Source: Candidatus Eiseniibacteriota bacterium | Lineage (GTDB): Bacteria > Eisenbacteria > RBG-16-71-46 > CAIMUX01 > VGJL01 | Assembly (NCBI GenBank): GCA_041946735.1 | Contig: JBHGAY010000018.1 | Coordinates: forward strand, 32,001 to 96,000 | Direction of reading: 5' to 3' | Length of the DNA stretch: 64,000 nt | In this document: positions 9,521 to 19,431 of the stretch, one piece after another | How positions within the stretch are numbered: the first letter of the stretch is position 1 | Layout of the letters: the number at the start of each line of letters is the position of its first letter | Notes under the pieces: generated by a model | What the model saw: the letters and a program-made list of their open reading frames with translations, nothing else | What the model was told of the DNA's origin: nothing | Database searches by the model: none | Program-made: the position numbers and the translations under genes

Positions 9521-9536
9521 GAAGGGGGATACGGTC

Positions 9537-11168
9537 ATGAGACGCGATCGCAACCTGATCCTGCTGGGGCTCATCGCCGCGCAGATGGCCGCCATCCCCG
9601 CGTGCCAGACATCACGAAAGATCACGCTGCGCAGTCAGCTCGCGGAGACGGCACGCACCAGCGGGACGGAATCGATCACCGTGTTCACGAAGGACCGGGA
9701 GAGCTACGAGCTCGTCTGGTACTCGCTCGAGGATTCCGTCCTTCAAGGGACCGGGATGGTCCGGACCGATCGCGGCGGAGCCGACTTCGCCGGCGAGATT
9801 CCTCTGTCGGACATCTACGCGATCCAGGCGAACTCGACGAGCGTCCTCAAAGGACTCGTAATGACCGGAGCCGTCGCTGCTTTCATCGCCGTCTCGGCTT
9901 CGGAACCGGAGATGGGCAACGGTCTCGACCCGATCGAGGACATCCAGCAGCACGGCCCGGGCGGCGGTGGAGGAGGCGGGACATCGTGCCCCTATATCTA
10001 CTCTTGGAATGGGAAAGGGTACGTGCTCGAGGCGGAGCCGTTCGGCGTCGCGCTCGGGAAGGCCCTGGAGAGGACGACTTATCATCTGCTCCCCTCGGCC
10101 GTCGCGCAGGACGGCATCGTCCGCCTGCGCCTCACCAACGAGAGGCAGGAGACGCACAGCGTGAACGCCGTCGGGCTCGTCGCAATCGAGACGGACGGGC
10201 CGGCCGAAGTGGTGCTCGATGCCGCCGGGACGGCGTGGCCGGTCACCAGGCCGCAAAGTCCTCGCTCCGCAGTAGACAATTCTGACCGAGACATTCTTGA
10301 TGATGTCGCAAGCGCCGACGGAAGGATGTGGGAGTGTGGCCCTGCGTCGGTGAACCCGACCTCGGAGTACGAGGACGTGCTTGAGCTGGCCTTCGCCGCT
10401 CCGTCTCGATCTGCGGATCGTTCGCCGGTCGAGGTATCGCTGATCCTGCGCGGCATCAACACGCGCTTCTCGACGGTGCTCTACTCGCAGATGTCGCGTA
10501 TGGCCGGCGATCAGGCCCTCGCGCTCGTGCACGCGATCGACACCGACCCGGAGATGATCGACCTCCTCCGCCGATACCTCGCCGACGCATCTCTGTCGAT
10601 CTCCCTCTGGAACGGCCACGCTTGGGAGCCGGCGGGAGCCTTCGAGCCCGAGGCGAACGCCGTCCCGTTCTCGCGCGCCGTTCGAATCCGCGTTCCGCAG
10701 GATGCCGGAGACGATCTTCGCATCCGCCTGCGCAGCATGGCGGACGTATGGAAGATCGACGCGCTCGCCGTCGACTGGACGCCCGCCGCCCCGCTGCCGG
10801 CGCACCCGCTGCCGATGCTCTCCGCCGAGGCCGACGACGACGGCGCCGACATGCTCCCGCTGCTCCTCGGCAGCGACGACCGCTACGCCGTCCTCCTTCC
10901 TCCCGATGCCGTGGAGCTGCGCTTCGGCGCGCAGGCGGCATCCCCGGGAAAGAAGATCGTGTACGCCGTCGCGGGAAGCGGCTATCTGCACGAGTGGATT
11001 CGCACCGGGACTGCGGGAGCGGGCGCGGACCTCGCGGCCGCCTCGCTCGCCTCGATGGTCCCCGGCGGCCAGCGCATCGCCTTCCTGAAGAAGATGCTCG
11101 CGAACCGAGCGATGGCTTTGGGGCCGGCCTACGCGGAATGGTTCGAAGCGCGCAGGCAGGAGCGGTGA
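9537..11168 (+). CDS. Hypothetical lipoprotein with a Gly-linker-SCPYIYSWNG domain
   Basis: Lipobox-like AIPAC, a hydrophobic segment, then GGGGGGTSCPYIYSWNG...ETH...GYLHEW; 16 nt downstream of the beta-barrel gene. Confidence 0.7.
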   Translation: MRRDRNLILLGLIAAQMAAIPACQTSRKITLRSQLAETARTSGTESITVFTKDRESYELVWYSLEDSVLQGTGMVRTDRGGADFAGEIPLSDIYAIQANSTSVLKGLVMTGAVAAFIAVSASEPEMGNGLDPIEDIQQHGPGGGGGGGTSCPYIYSWNGKGYVLEAEPFGVALGKALERTTYHLLPSAVAQDGIVRLRLTNERQETHSVNAVGLVAIETDGPAEVVLDAAGTAWPVTRPQSPRSAVDNSDRDILDDVASADGRMWECGPASVNPTSEYEDVLELAFAAPSRSADRSPVEVSLILRGINTRFSTVLYSQMSRMAGDQALALVHAIDTDPEMIDLLRRYLADASLSISLWNGHAWEPAGAFEPEANAVPFSRAVRIRVPQDAGDDLRIRLRSMADVWKIDALAVDWTPAAPLPAHPLPMLSAEADDDGADMLPLLLGSDDRYAVLLPPDAVELRFGAQAASPGKKIVYAVAGSGYLHEWIRTGTAGAGADLAAASLASMVPGGQRIAFLKKMLANRAMALGPAYAEWFEARRQER

Positions 11169-11208
11169 TGCCCCCAACCGGCCGCTCGGCGCGCGCCGGT
11201 TCGATCGG

Positions 11209-14001
11209 TCAGAGCGCCTGGCCGCGCCAGGTCGCGCTTCCCTCCCCTGCCTTGAAGAAACGGGTCGTCCCGTCGGCGACCCGCCGCATCATCACCAGGC
11301 GGACGCCTGGATCCCCACGGAAGTCGCCCCAGCTCCACCCGGCCTTCGCACGCGGCGGCGCCGGCCAGACGACGACGTCCTCTTCGTCCGGCAATCGGAT
11401 CTCGAGCGCCAGTCCGCCCCCCTCGATCGGGGATTCCTTCACTTCCGGGATCCAGGGAGGCACCCAGCCTGGGAAGCGCGCGGCGCTCGGGGCGGCAGTC
11501 GTCTCGGCATTCGCCGTCCCTTGCCTTTCCTCGGGTCGGAACGGAATGAGCAGCGTTGCGATCGCCTCCGGCACGGCCGCGTCGCTGTCGATCAGAACGG
11601 CCGGTGCGGGCCGCTTCGCGTTGTAGCCGGCCGCTGTCCATCCCTGGATCGGATCCTCGCTCCCCTCGACGATTCGCAGACGGCTCTGCGCGCCCGGAAC
11701 GATCAGGAGGTTGCCGGCCCCCCCGCTGTCCGTGGCCGCCCACGCCCCATCCGGAGCGACCTGCGATCTGCCGGGAGAAAGGTGGAAGATCCTCGTCAGC
11801 GCGCGGCGGCCGGCAGCAGCGTGGCCCGCTCCGTCCCCGGAGCCCGCCCGCCCTTCGAGACGGTCGAGCACGATCCAGTATTCCGGACGCACGAAGAGAA
11901 CCGCCCGAACGTGGCGCACCGAGCGATCGAGGGGGAGTCTCCACCCCTTCGGGCTCAGGTAGCCCTCGTCATAGATTCCCTCGGCGTACTCGCCGCACTC
12001 CCCTTCCGCCCAGAACGGCGGCGGATCGGCTTCGAAGCGGAACGAGCGGCGATAGCGGCTGCGCGACTGCCCGCAGCCGTCGACGAGCACCGAGTTGTGC
12101 CCCGCGGTCGCGCGAAAGTAGCGATGGAAACGGTTGGCAGGATCGTACGTGTAGCTGCCGTTGTCGACGATGAGCGGCCTGCCATAGCCCCAGCAGGTCA
12201 CCGACAGCTTGTCTTCGTGCCCGTGCGGTCCGCCGAAGGCGCCGGCGTCGAACGTCAGCTCCAGGTCCTCCGGGGTCCACCCGGTCCGCATCACGATCTG
12301 GCCGGCCTGCGGAAAGCAACGCGACGACCAGCGCGGGCGCGTCCCCTCGCGCCCCGCCGTGCCCGCGTAGATGAAGTCCGGGCGATCGAACAGCCCGCCG
12401 ACCCGGACCAGATCGTCATCGACCTTCGCCACCGCGCCGTCGTTCAGGCTCGGCACGATCCCGTCGGGCTGCACGACCGACGCCAGGTACTCCCACATCG
12501 CCTCGATCCTCTCGTCCAGGTCTCCCGGCAGCATCATCCCATGCGACAGGATCGCCGCACGCGCGAGCATCAGCTCCTCGAGAACGAGCCGGTGGTACGC
12601 GGGCGACAGCTCGACGTTCACGCCGTCGTCGTAGACCTGCGCGCGGACCTGCTGCTGCAGGCGCCCGAGCGCGATGTCCAGCCACTTCCCGGACCGGCGG
12701 AACTCCGGATAGTGCAACGCGGTCTCGAGCAGGCCGTTGATCTCGATCAGGAGATGGTTCGCGTCCCCGCGGAAGTGCGCGAGGAACTGCGCCTGATCGT
12801 GGACCGATCCGAGATAGTCCACCCAGAAACGATCGTCCAGCTCGGGGCGATCGCGCAGCGCCTCGCTCGTCTGCATCCAGGCGTTTCGCATCCGCAGGCC
12901 CGATTCGACGAGCCGCCAGTGGGGGCTCAGCTCGTTCTTCCAGCGGAGCGGCTCGGTGCGGGCCGTCCAGTCATGGAGCAGCGTCACCACCTCGCGCACA
13001 TACTTCGGATCCCCGGTGCGGCGCCAGGCGCGGGCCATCTCGACCCACTGGGTATGCCGATTCAATGTATAAGCCCACTCGGCGTCCTGCACCTGCGATC
13101 CGGTCCAGTCGATCTTCTTGCCCTCCTGGCGCTCGAAGCCGGTCATCCGGTAGCGATGCGCGAGCGCGGCGTCCGCGATCTCGAGCTGCGCGTCCGTCGC
13201 CGGACCCACCTCGATCCCGGGACGCATCGGCGGGACCGGCCTCGTCCGGAAATGTTCGGCGAGCGCATGGATGGCTCCCGCGCGGTCTCCGCGGCCGGCC
13301 AGGCGGAAGACCTCCTCCATCCCCGGCGCGTGACGATCGAAGAGCTCCAGGAAGCGCTCTTCCGAGAAGCGCTGGTGAGGCACGAGACGGGTCGTCGGAT
13401 GCCCCGCCAGCGCGATCAGAGACAGGACGGCCAGCGGTCCGGCGACGGCCAGCCCCACCGCATTCCAGCGAACGGCGGCGACCGCGCGATCGATCCTCGC
13501 GAAGAGCAGGAGGAACGGGGCGCCGGCGATGATCCCGACGGCGGCCGCGAAACCGGTCACAGGCAAACGGATCGTGGGGGGGAGCGGGACGCCGTAGCGA
13601 CGCGCGACCACGAACGCCGCGCCCGCCGCCGCCGCGGCGAAACATGCCGATGCGACGGGACGCCGCCACGGCCCCGCGGCGCGCAGCACCACACCGACAG
13701 AGGCGCCGCAGACCATGGCGACCGGCGCGACGCGCCAGAGCGGATAGGTGAGCAGATGCAGCCCGATGAACGGAATGTCCCCGGGGAGGTAGTGCCGGCG
13801 GACGATGTAGTAAGCCGTGAAGGCGAGGGAGGCGGCGATACCGGCGAGTCCGCCCAGGACGGCGCCGCGACCCGCGGCGGCCCCCCAGGCTCCGCTTCGC
13901 GATCGCCGAGATGGGCGTGGGTCGCCTCGCTCACCCCTCCTCCGGACGGAGCCCTCGCGTTCGCCGGCGTCCCCCACTCGCCCCACCGTCCCCCGGGTCA
14001 T
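11209..14001 (-). CDS. Membrane-anchored heparinase II/III family polysaccharide lyase
   Basis: Several N-terminal TM helices, then LNRH, NHLLIE, ELSPAYH, GPHGHEDKLS and ATAGHNSVLVDG motifs. Confidence 0.8.
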   Translation of the reverse strand: MTRGTVGRVGDAGEREGSVRRRGERGDPRPSRRSRSGAWGAAAGRGAVLGGLAGIAASLAFTAYYIVRRHYLPGDIPFIGLHLLTYPLWRVAPVAMVCGASVGVVLRAAGPWRRPVASACFAAAAAGAAFVVARRYGVPLPPTIRLPVTGFAAAVGIIAGAPFLLLFARIDRAVAAVRWNAVGLAVAGPLAVLSLIALAGHPTTRLVPHQRFSEERFLELFDRHAPGMEEVFRLAGRGDRAGAIHALAEHFRTRPVPPMRPGIEVGPATDAQLEIADAALAHRYRMTGFERQEGKKIDWTGSQVQDAEWAYTLNRHTQWVEMARAWRRTGDPKYVREVVTLLHDWTARTEPLRWKNELSPHWRLVESGLRMRNAWMQTSEALRDRPELDDRFWVDYLGSVHDQAQFLAHFRGDANHLLIEINGLLETALHYPEFRRSGKWLDIALGRLQQQVRAQVYDDGVNVELSPAYHRLVLEELMLARAAILSHGMMLPGDLDERIEAMWEYLASVVQPDGIVPSLNDGAVAKVDDDLVRVGGLFDRPDFIYAGTAGREGTRPRWSSRCFPQAGQIVMRTGWTPEDLELTFDAGAFGGPHGHEDKLSVTCWGYGRPLIVDNGSYTYDPANRFHRYFRATAGHNSVLVDGCGQSRSRYRRSFRFEADPPPFWAEGECGEYAEGIYDEGYLSPKGWRLPLDRSVRHVRAVLFVRPEYWIVLDRLEGRAGSGDGAGHAAAGRRALTRIFHLSPGRSQVAPDGAWAATDSGGAGNLLIVPGAQSRLRIVEGSEDPIQGWTAAGYNAKRPAPAVLIDSDAAVPEAIATLLIPFRPEERQGTANAETTAAPSAARFPGWVPPWIPEVKESPIEGGGLALEIRLPDEEDVVVWPAPPRAKAGWSWGDFRGDPGVRLVMMRRVADGTTRFFKAGEGSATWRGQAL

Positions 14002-14129
14002 CGCCCCTCCCGTTCGCGCATCGCTTCACATCCCGCACTTGCGCGGCCGCGCACGAATCTACGCCCTCGTCTGGCGGCGATGCATACCGCAGGCGCATCC
14101 CGCGCGCGCCGCCTCGCCCCCCGCTCCCG

Positions 14130-15500
14130 CTACGGCAGCTTCAGCGGCACGACCAGACCCTCGAGGACGCGCCCGGGCAGCAGGAGGATCTCGCGGAGTC
14201 CCCCTCGCGGCTCCCCGTCGCTCGGCTGCCCGTCTGCGTTGGAGTCCCGGAACGCGAGGACGCGGTACGTCCCGGGATCGACGTCGCCGAACGTGAACGT
14301 CCCATCTCCACGATCCTCGGCGACGAGCGAGGAGTCTTCCTCGCTTCCGCCGGCCTCCTCCTTGCGAACCTCGCGGAACAGGCGCACGAGAATCGGCGCA
14401 GCGCATCGAGCCGAGTCGGCTCGCGCCACGGCCATCATCGCCTCGATCTCCACGATCCGCGCGCGGATCGCCGTCGTGTCGACCGGCGCAGGGCGCTTCT
14501 CCGCGAACGCCCGGAGCGTGTCCCACTCCGCGGCCGTCGTGTCTGCGGCGATCCTTGCCCGCAGGCTGTCGGCCTGCAGGCCGAACCGGCGCAGCGCCAC
14601 GGCGCCGCGTCCGATGCACGTCGAGTCGATCGCGGTGCCACCGATCGTCCCCGGCTCTTCCGGATAGACCAGATAGAGGTCGATCCCCGCCACCGCCCGC
14701 GTCGTGTCTCCGACCCGGACCGGCTGCTCCAGGCAACCCCAGACGTCTTCGTCCGCGTCGTAGACGCGGTCGCCGGCCCGGTCGTAGAGCGCGCAGATCT
14801 CGAGGTCGGTGTCGCGCGGGAGCCATTCCATCCGGAAGCTCCCGTCCTTGCCGGTCGGCGCGACCCGCAGGGCGGGCCGGATCTCCCCCGAGCTCGTGTC
14901 CGGCGGACCGTCGCTCCACGGCCAGGCGTAGAGGTCGACGCCGGCGAGCGGGATCCGCCCGACATGCAGCTTCCCCTCGACCACCCCATCGTCGAGCGTC
15001 GGTCCGGTCGAGAACGGGGCGACCCATGGTCCGAGCGCGTTGCCCCGGCGATCCTTCGCCGCCGCGCTGATCAGGATCGTGTAGGTCTTCGCGGTGTCGG
15101 GCGGCTCCCGCAAGGGGATCGCGAGCAGGTTCCCGCGCCATTCGGGACGGCCGAGCGAGAGCGGCGGCGTCACTCGGATCGACTCGAGAACGCTGCGGCG
15201 GTCCATCTTCTTCGAGAAGAGGATCGAGATCGTGTCGGGCCGCACCTCGACCGCGCCTGAATCGGGAGACAGGGCGAGGACGCGCGGTAGGGTCTTGTCC
15301 TCGGGACCGCCGGACGGAGCTTCGACCTGGGCGCACGAGGCGGCGAGAAGCGCGCCGAGCGTCGCGAGCATCAGGCGGAGTGTCGCGACCCGCGGGGCGG
15401 AAGTCGGGCGCACGGCGCCGGCAGAGGGCACGAAGCCGGCAGACGGCACGACGCCGGCAGAGGGCGCGAAACCGGCGCGCCCGCGACCTGGTTCTCTCAC
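14130..15500 (-). CDS. Ig-like (Big_5) domain lipoprotein
   Basis: LAASCAQVEAPSGGPEDKTLP lipobox and family motif; DRRGNAL...FSTG; two DxNxD-type loops. Confidence 0.75.
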   Translation of the reverse strand: MREPGRGRAGFAPSAGVVPSAGFVPSAGAVRPTSAPRVATLRLMLATLGALLAASCAQVEAPSGGPEDKTLPRVLALSPDSGAVEVRPDTISILFSKKMDRRSVLESIRVTPPLSLGRPEWRGNLLAIPLREPPDTAKTYTILISAAAKDRRGNALGPWVAPFSTGPTLDDGVVEGKLHVGRIPLAGVDLYAWPWSDGPPDTSSGEIRPALRVAPTGKDGSFRMEWLPRDTDLEICALYDRAGDRVYDADEDVWGCLEQPVRVGDTTRAVAGIDLYLVYPEEPGTIGGTAIDSTCIGRGAVALRRFGLQADSLRARIAADTTAAEWDTLRAFAEKRPAPVDTTAIRARIVEIEAMMAVARADSARCAAPILVRLFREVRKEEAGGSEEDSSLVAEDRGDGTFTFGDVDPGTYRVLAFRDSNADGQPSDGEPRGGLREILLLPGRVLEGLVVPLKLP

Positions 15501-15537
15501 CGCAGCCGCCCCGCGCCCCGCGCCCCTCGCCTCGCCC

Positions 15538-16476
15538 CTAGCCCCTCGCCCGGGAGGCGCCCATGCAGTGCACGAGGATCGCCTTCTGCAGATGCATCCG
15601 GTTCTCCGCCTCGTCGAAGACGATCGAGTGCGGGCCGTCCATCACTTCGTCGGTGATCTCCTCCCCCCGATGGGCCGGCAGGCAGTGCATCACGAGAACG
15701 TCGGGCGCCGCCTTGGAGAGCATCTTCGCGTCGACCTGGAATCCGGCGAAGGCCGCGCGGCGCTTCGCCGCCTCGGCTTCCTGCCCCATGCTCGTCCATG
15801 TGTCCGTGTAGATCACCCTGGCCCCGCGGACCGCCTCGTCCGGACGCCGCACGACCGTCACCTTTCCGCGCCCGCGCGCCTTGACCGCCTCGATCGCCTT
15901 CGGATCGGGGTCGTATCCTTCCGGGCAGGCGAGGCGCAGATCGATCGCGTAGGAAAGAGCCGCGTCGATCCAGCTCTTCGCGACGTTGTTGCCGTCGCCG
16001 ATCCAGGCGAGCGACAGCCCATCGAGCGCCACCCCCTTCTCGCGAAGCGTGAACATGTCGGCGAGGATCTGGCAGGGGTGATCGGAGTCGGTAAGGCCGT
16101 TGATCACCGGCACGCGCGCGTACCGCGCGAGATCCTCGACGTCCGACTGGTGGAAGGTCCGGATCATGATCCCATCGACGAAGCGGGAGATGACGTTCGC
16201 GATGTCGTGGATCGACTCGCGCTTCCCGAAGCCGATCTCCGCATCGGTGATGTAAAGCGAGTGGCCGCCGAGCTGGTTCATTCCGACGTCGAAGGAGACG
16301 CGCGTCCGCAGGGACGGCTTGTGGAAGATCAGCGCGAGGGACCGCCCCGCGAGCCGCGGCTCCGGGCGCCCCGTCCTCCACGACTCCTTGAGCGTCGCAG
16401 CCAGATCGAGGATCAGATCAAGCTCCTCGCGCCCGAACTGCGCGAGGGTGAGGAAGTCCACCTTGCCTTTTGCCAT
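15538..16476 (-). CDS. argF: Ornithine carbamoyltransferase
   Basis: SLRTR, HPCQ, GDGNN, DTWTSMG and HCLPAHRG motifs. Confidence 0.93.
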   Translation of the reverse strand: MAKGKVDFLTLAQFGREELDLILDLAATLKESWRTGRPEPRLAGRSLALIFHKPSLRTRVSFDVGMNQLGGHSLYITDAEIGFGKRESIHDIANVISRFVDGIMIRTFHQSDVEDLARYARVPVINGLTDSDHPCQILADMFTLREKGVALDGLSLAWIGDGNNVAKSWIDAALSYAIDLRLACPEGYDPDPKAIEAVKARGRGKVTVVRRPDEAVRGARVIYTDTWTSMGQEAEAAKRRAAFAGFQVDAKMLSKAAPDVLVMHCLPAHRGEEITDEVMDGPHSIVFDEAENRMHLQKAILVHCMGASRARG

Positions 16477-16518
16477 CTCTCCCCTCCCGTTCCCTAGCCT
16501 CTACCGCTCAAGAGCCGG

Positions 16519-17910
16519 CTACAGGATGAACCGGCTCAAGTCCTTGTTTCCCGCGATCGGCGCGAGCCTCGCCTCCACCATCGCGACGTCGATCGTCACC
16601 GTCCCCGCGACCGTCTCCGGCGCGTCGAAGAGCAGATCTTCGAGAAGCGTCGTCAAGACGGTGTGGAGCCTCCGCGCCCCGATGTTCTCGGTCGCCTCGT
16701 TCACCTCCGCCGCGATCGCCGCGATCCGGTCGATCGCCTCGCTCAGGAAGACGACCTCCACGCCCTCGGTGCGCAAGAGAGCCTGGTACTGCTTGATCAG
16801 CGCGTTCTGCGGTTCCGTCAGGATCCGGATGAAGTCGCCCTCCGTCAACGGCGAGAGCTCCACGCGGATCGGGAACCGTCCCTGGAACTCCGGAATCATG
16901 TCGGAAGGATCGTTCTGATGAAAGGCCCCCGCTCCGATGAAAAGGATGTGGTCGGTCTTGACCACCCCGTGCTTCGTCGTGACGTTCGACCCCTCGAGGA
17001 TCGGCAGCAGGTCGCGCTGGACTCCCTCCCGGGAGACCTCCGGCCCCGCCCCCTGGTGCTTCCCGGCGATCTTGTCGATCTCGTCGATGAAGACGATCCC
17101 CCTCTCCTGCGCCCGGGCGAGTCCCTCCTGCACGATCTGGTCCATGTCGACCAGCCGGTTCGTCTCCTCCTGCACGAGGATCGCCCGCGCCTCCGCGACC
17201 CGGATCCGGCGCCGCTTGCGCCGCTTGGGAAAGACGGACTCGAACGCCTCCTGGATCGAGCCGTCGGAGTCTTCCATCCCCATCTGCGTGAGGATCGGGA
17301 TCCCCGGCGAACGGGCCTCCACGTCCACCTCGACCATCCGGTCGTCGAGGAAGCCATTGCGCAGCTGCTCGCGCAGCCTCTCGCGCGTGCGGCTCCGCGA
17401 ATCCTCCTGCGCGCCGCCGCCCTCGCCTGCCGCGCCGGCTTCGCCTTCGGTCGTCGTCTCGTCGGCGAAGGCGGCAGGACGGCGTCGCGGGCGCGGCAGC
17501 AGCAGGTCCAGGATCCTCTCCTCCGCCTGCGCCTCCGCCTTCGCCCGCACCTCCTCGGCCGCCGAGGCGCGCACCATCGAGATCGACAGCTCGACCAGGT
17601 CGCGCACCATCGACTCGACGTCCCGCCCGACGTAGCCGACCTCGGTGAACTTCGACGCCTCGACCTTGACGAACGGCGCCTCCGCCAGCCGCGCGAGCCG
17701 GCGCGCAATCTCCGTCTTGCCGACGCCGGTCGGTCCGATCATCAGGATGTTGTTCGGAAGGATCTCCTCGCGCATCTCCCCGCTCACCTGTTGCCTTCGG
17801 AACCGGTTGCGGAGCGCGATCGCGACCGCCTTCTTCGCCGCCGCCTGGCCCACCACGTAGCGGTCCAGCTCGACGACGATCTGTCGCGGGGTGAGGTGCG
17901 AGGAATCCAT
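16519..17910 (-). CDS. hslU: ATP-dependent protease ATPase subunit HslU
   Basis: GPTGVGKTE, GYVG, FIDEIDK, ENIGARRL and C-terminal DLSRFIL. Confidence 0.97.
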   Translation of the reverse strand: MDSSHLTPRQIVVELDRYVVGQAAAKKAVAIALRNRFRRQQVSGEMREEILPNNILMIGPTGVGKTEIARRLARLAEAPFVKVEASKFTEVGYVGRDVESMVRDLVELSISMVRASAAEEVRAKAEAQAEERILDLLLPRPRRRPAAFADETTTEGEAGAAGEGGGAQEDSRSRTRERLREQLRNGFLDDRMVEVDVEARSPGIPILTQMGMEDSDGSIQEAFESVFPKRRKRRRIRVAEARAILVQEETNRLVDMDQIVQEGLARAQERGIVFIDEIDKIAGKHQGAGPEVSREGVQRDLLPILEGSNVTTKHGVVKTDHILFIGAGAFHQNDPSDMIPEFQGRFPIRVELSPLTEGDFIRILTEPQNALIKQYQALLRTEGVEVVFLSEAIDRIAAIAAEVNEATENIGARRLHTVLTTLLEDLLFDAPETVAGTVTIDVAMVEARLAPIAGNKDLSRFIL

Positions 17911-18468
17911 CTAGGCCTCCGCGGGCAGGCTCTCCACCTGGATCGTCCCGCCCGTGTAGATGCAGATCTCCGCCGCGGTCTTCAAAGCCTCCTCGACGAC
18001 CTTCTCCGCCGCGAGATCGGTGTGCCGGATGAGGGCGCGGGTGGCAGCGAGCGCGTAGCCGGCCCCCGAGCCGATCGCCAGGATGCCGTCGTCGGGCTCG
18101 ATCAGGTCGCCGCTTCCCGAGAGGGCGAACCCCCGCTCGGCGTCGAGGACGATGAGTTGCGCGTGAAGATGCCGAAGCATCCGGTCCGTCCGCCAGAGCC
18201 GCGCGACCTCGACCGCCGCCCGGGTGAGGTTCCCGCGGTGCCCCTCGAGGCTCTTCTCGAACCGCTCGAAGAGGGTCAGCGCGTCCGCGGCGCCGCCGGC
18301 GAATCCCGCCAGGACGCGACCGCCGCCGAGCACGCGGATCTTGCGCGCCGTCTGCTTGACGATCGTCTCGCCCGCCGTCACCTGCCCGTCGCACGCGATC
18401 GCCGCGCGGCCACCGTGGACGAGCCCCAGGACGGTGGTTCCCCGCATCGCCGGCATGGATCGCTTCAT
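17911..18468 (-). CDS. hslV: ATP-dependent protease peptidase subunit HslV
   Basis: Short propeptide then catalytic TTVL; DGQVT, WRTDR, AIGSG, ICIYT. Confidence 0.95.
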   Translation of the reverse strand: MKRSMPAMRGTTVLGLVHGGRAAIACDGQVTAGETIVKQTARKIRVLGGGRVLAGFAGGAADALTLFERFEKSLEGHRGNLTRAAVEVARLWRTDRMLRHLHAQLIVLDAERGFALSGSGDLIEPDDGILAIGSGAGYALAATRALIRHTDLAAEKVVEEALKTAAEICIYTGGTIQVESLPAEA

Positions 18469-18485
18469 CGTTCGCCCCCTCTCCC

Positions 18486-19430
18486 TCAGGATCCCCGCGG
18501 ATGGAAGCGCTCGATCGCATCGCGCAGCGCCTCGATCGAGACATGGGTGTAGACCTGCGTCGTGCCGAGGTTCGCGTGACCGAGCAGCTCCTGGATCGCC
18601 CGGATCTCGGCGCCGTGATCGAGCAGGTGGGTCGCAAAGGAGTGCCGCAGCGCGTGCGGCGAGGTGCCGCCGGCGCGCGCGAGGCGCCCGAGATGGAGCG
18701 CCACGCGCCGCTGCACCGTCCGCGGGTGGATCCGCCGGCCGTTGGGACCCGGGAATAGCGGCGCTCCCTTCCGGTCGGCTGCCGCCGCCGCGGCGAGATG
18801 CTCGCGCAGGGCGCCCGCCGCCGGCGGCCCGAAGCAGACGATCCGCTCCTTGCGTCCCTTGCCGAGCACGCGGACCGTCCCTCCCTCGAGATCGACGTCC
18901 TCGCGGTCGAGCCCCACCAGCTCGGACAGCCGAATACCGGTCGCGTAGAGCAGCTCGAGAATCGCATGGTCGCGCCGCGACCTCGGATCGTCTGCCCAAG
19001 GACCGTCGAGAAGCTTCTGCAGCTCCGGCTCGGGGATGAAGCGAGGCAAGCGATGGCCCGCGCGAGGAAGGACGAGACGCAGCGCCGGATTCTCGGAGAG
19101 CAGGCCGCGGCGCTGGCAGTAGCGGCCGAAGGCGCGCAACGCCGCCACCTTGCGGATCACGCTGCGCGGGCTGGTCCGGCGGCTCGCGAGGATGCTGAGA
19201 AAGGCACGAAGCACGGGAAGGCGGAAGGCCTCGAGCCCGCTCTGCCCGCGCGAGGCCGCCCAGGAGAGGAACTGGCGGACGTCGGAGCGATAGGCGCGGG
19301 CGGTGTGCTCGCTCTTGCCTTCGACCTCGAGCAGCTGGCGACCCGCCCAGTTCTCGACGGCAGCCGCCAGGGGCCCGCTCGGCCCCGGCATGCCGGCCCC
19401 TTCCCCGCGGCGGGCGGTAGGGCCGGACAC
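18486..19430 (-). CDS. xerC: Tyrosine recombinase XerC
   Basis: R-K-H-R-H-Y catalytic set (ATGIRLSE, GKGRKER, HALRHS, LGH, TQVYTH); canonical topA-xerC-hslVU context. Confidence 0.9.
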   Translation of the reverse strand: MSGPTARRGEGAGMPGPSGPLAAAVENWAGRQLLEVEGKSEHTARAYRSDVRQFLSWAASRGQSGLEAFRLPVLRAFLSILASRRTSPRSVIRKVAALRAFGRYCQRRGLLSENPALRLVLPRAGHRLPRFIPEPELQKLLDGPWADDPRSRRDHAILELLYATGIRLSELVGLDREDVDLEGGTVRVLGKGRKERIVCFGPPAAGALREHLAAAAAADRKGAPLFPGPNGRRIHPRTVQRRVALHLGRLARAGGTSPHALRHSFATHLLDHGAEIRAIQELLGHANLGTTQVYTHVSIEALRDAIERFHPRGS

Positions 19431-19431
19431 C

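Noticed and set aside
11521..14667. Long antisense or alternative-frame ORFs (e.g. 11521..14667, 19303..22257, 32783..36559, 44988..48809, 58878..62855)
   Set aside because: They overlap well-supported genes, have low-complexity R/A/P/G composition and show no recognisable motifs.
15538..16476. SLRT instead of STRT, suggesting an N-acetyl- or N-succinyl-ornithine carbamoyltransferase
   Set aside because: The DxxxSMG loop and HCLPAHRG are of the ordinary OTCase type, not HCLP(L/V)RR.
18486..19430. Tyrosine recombinase as a mobile-element integrase
   Set aside because: Its size and the topA-xerC-hslVU context match the housekeeping XerC.
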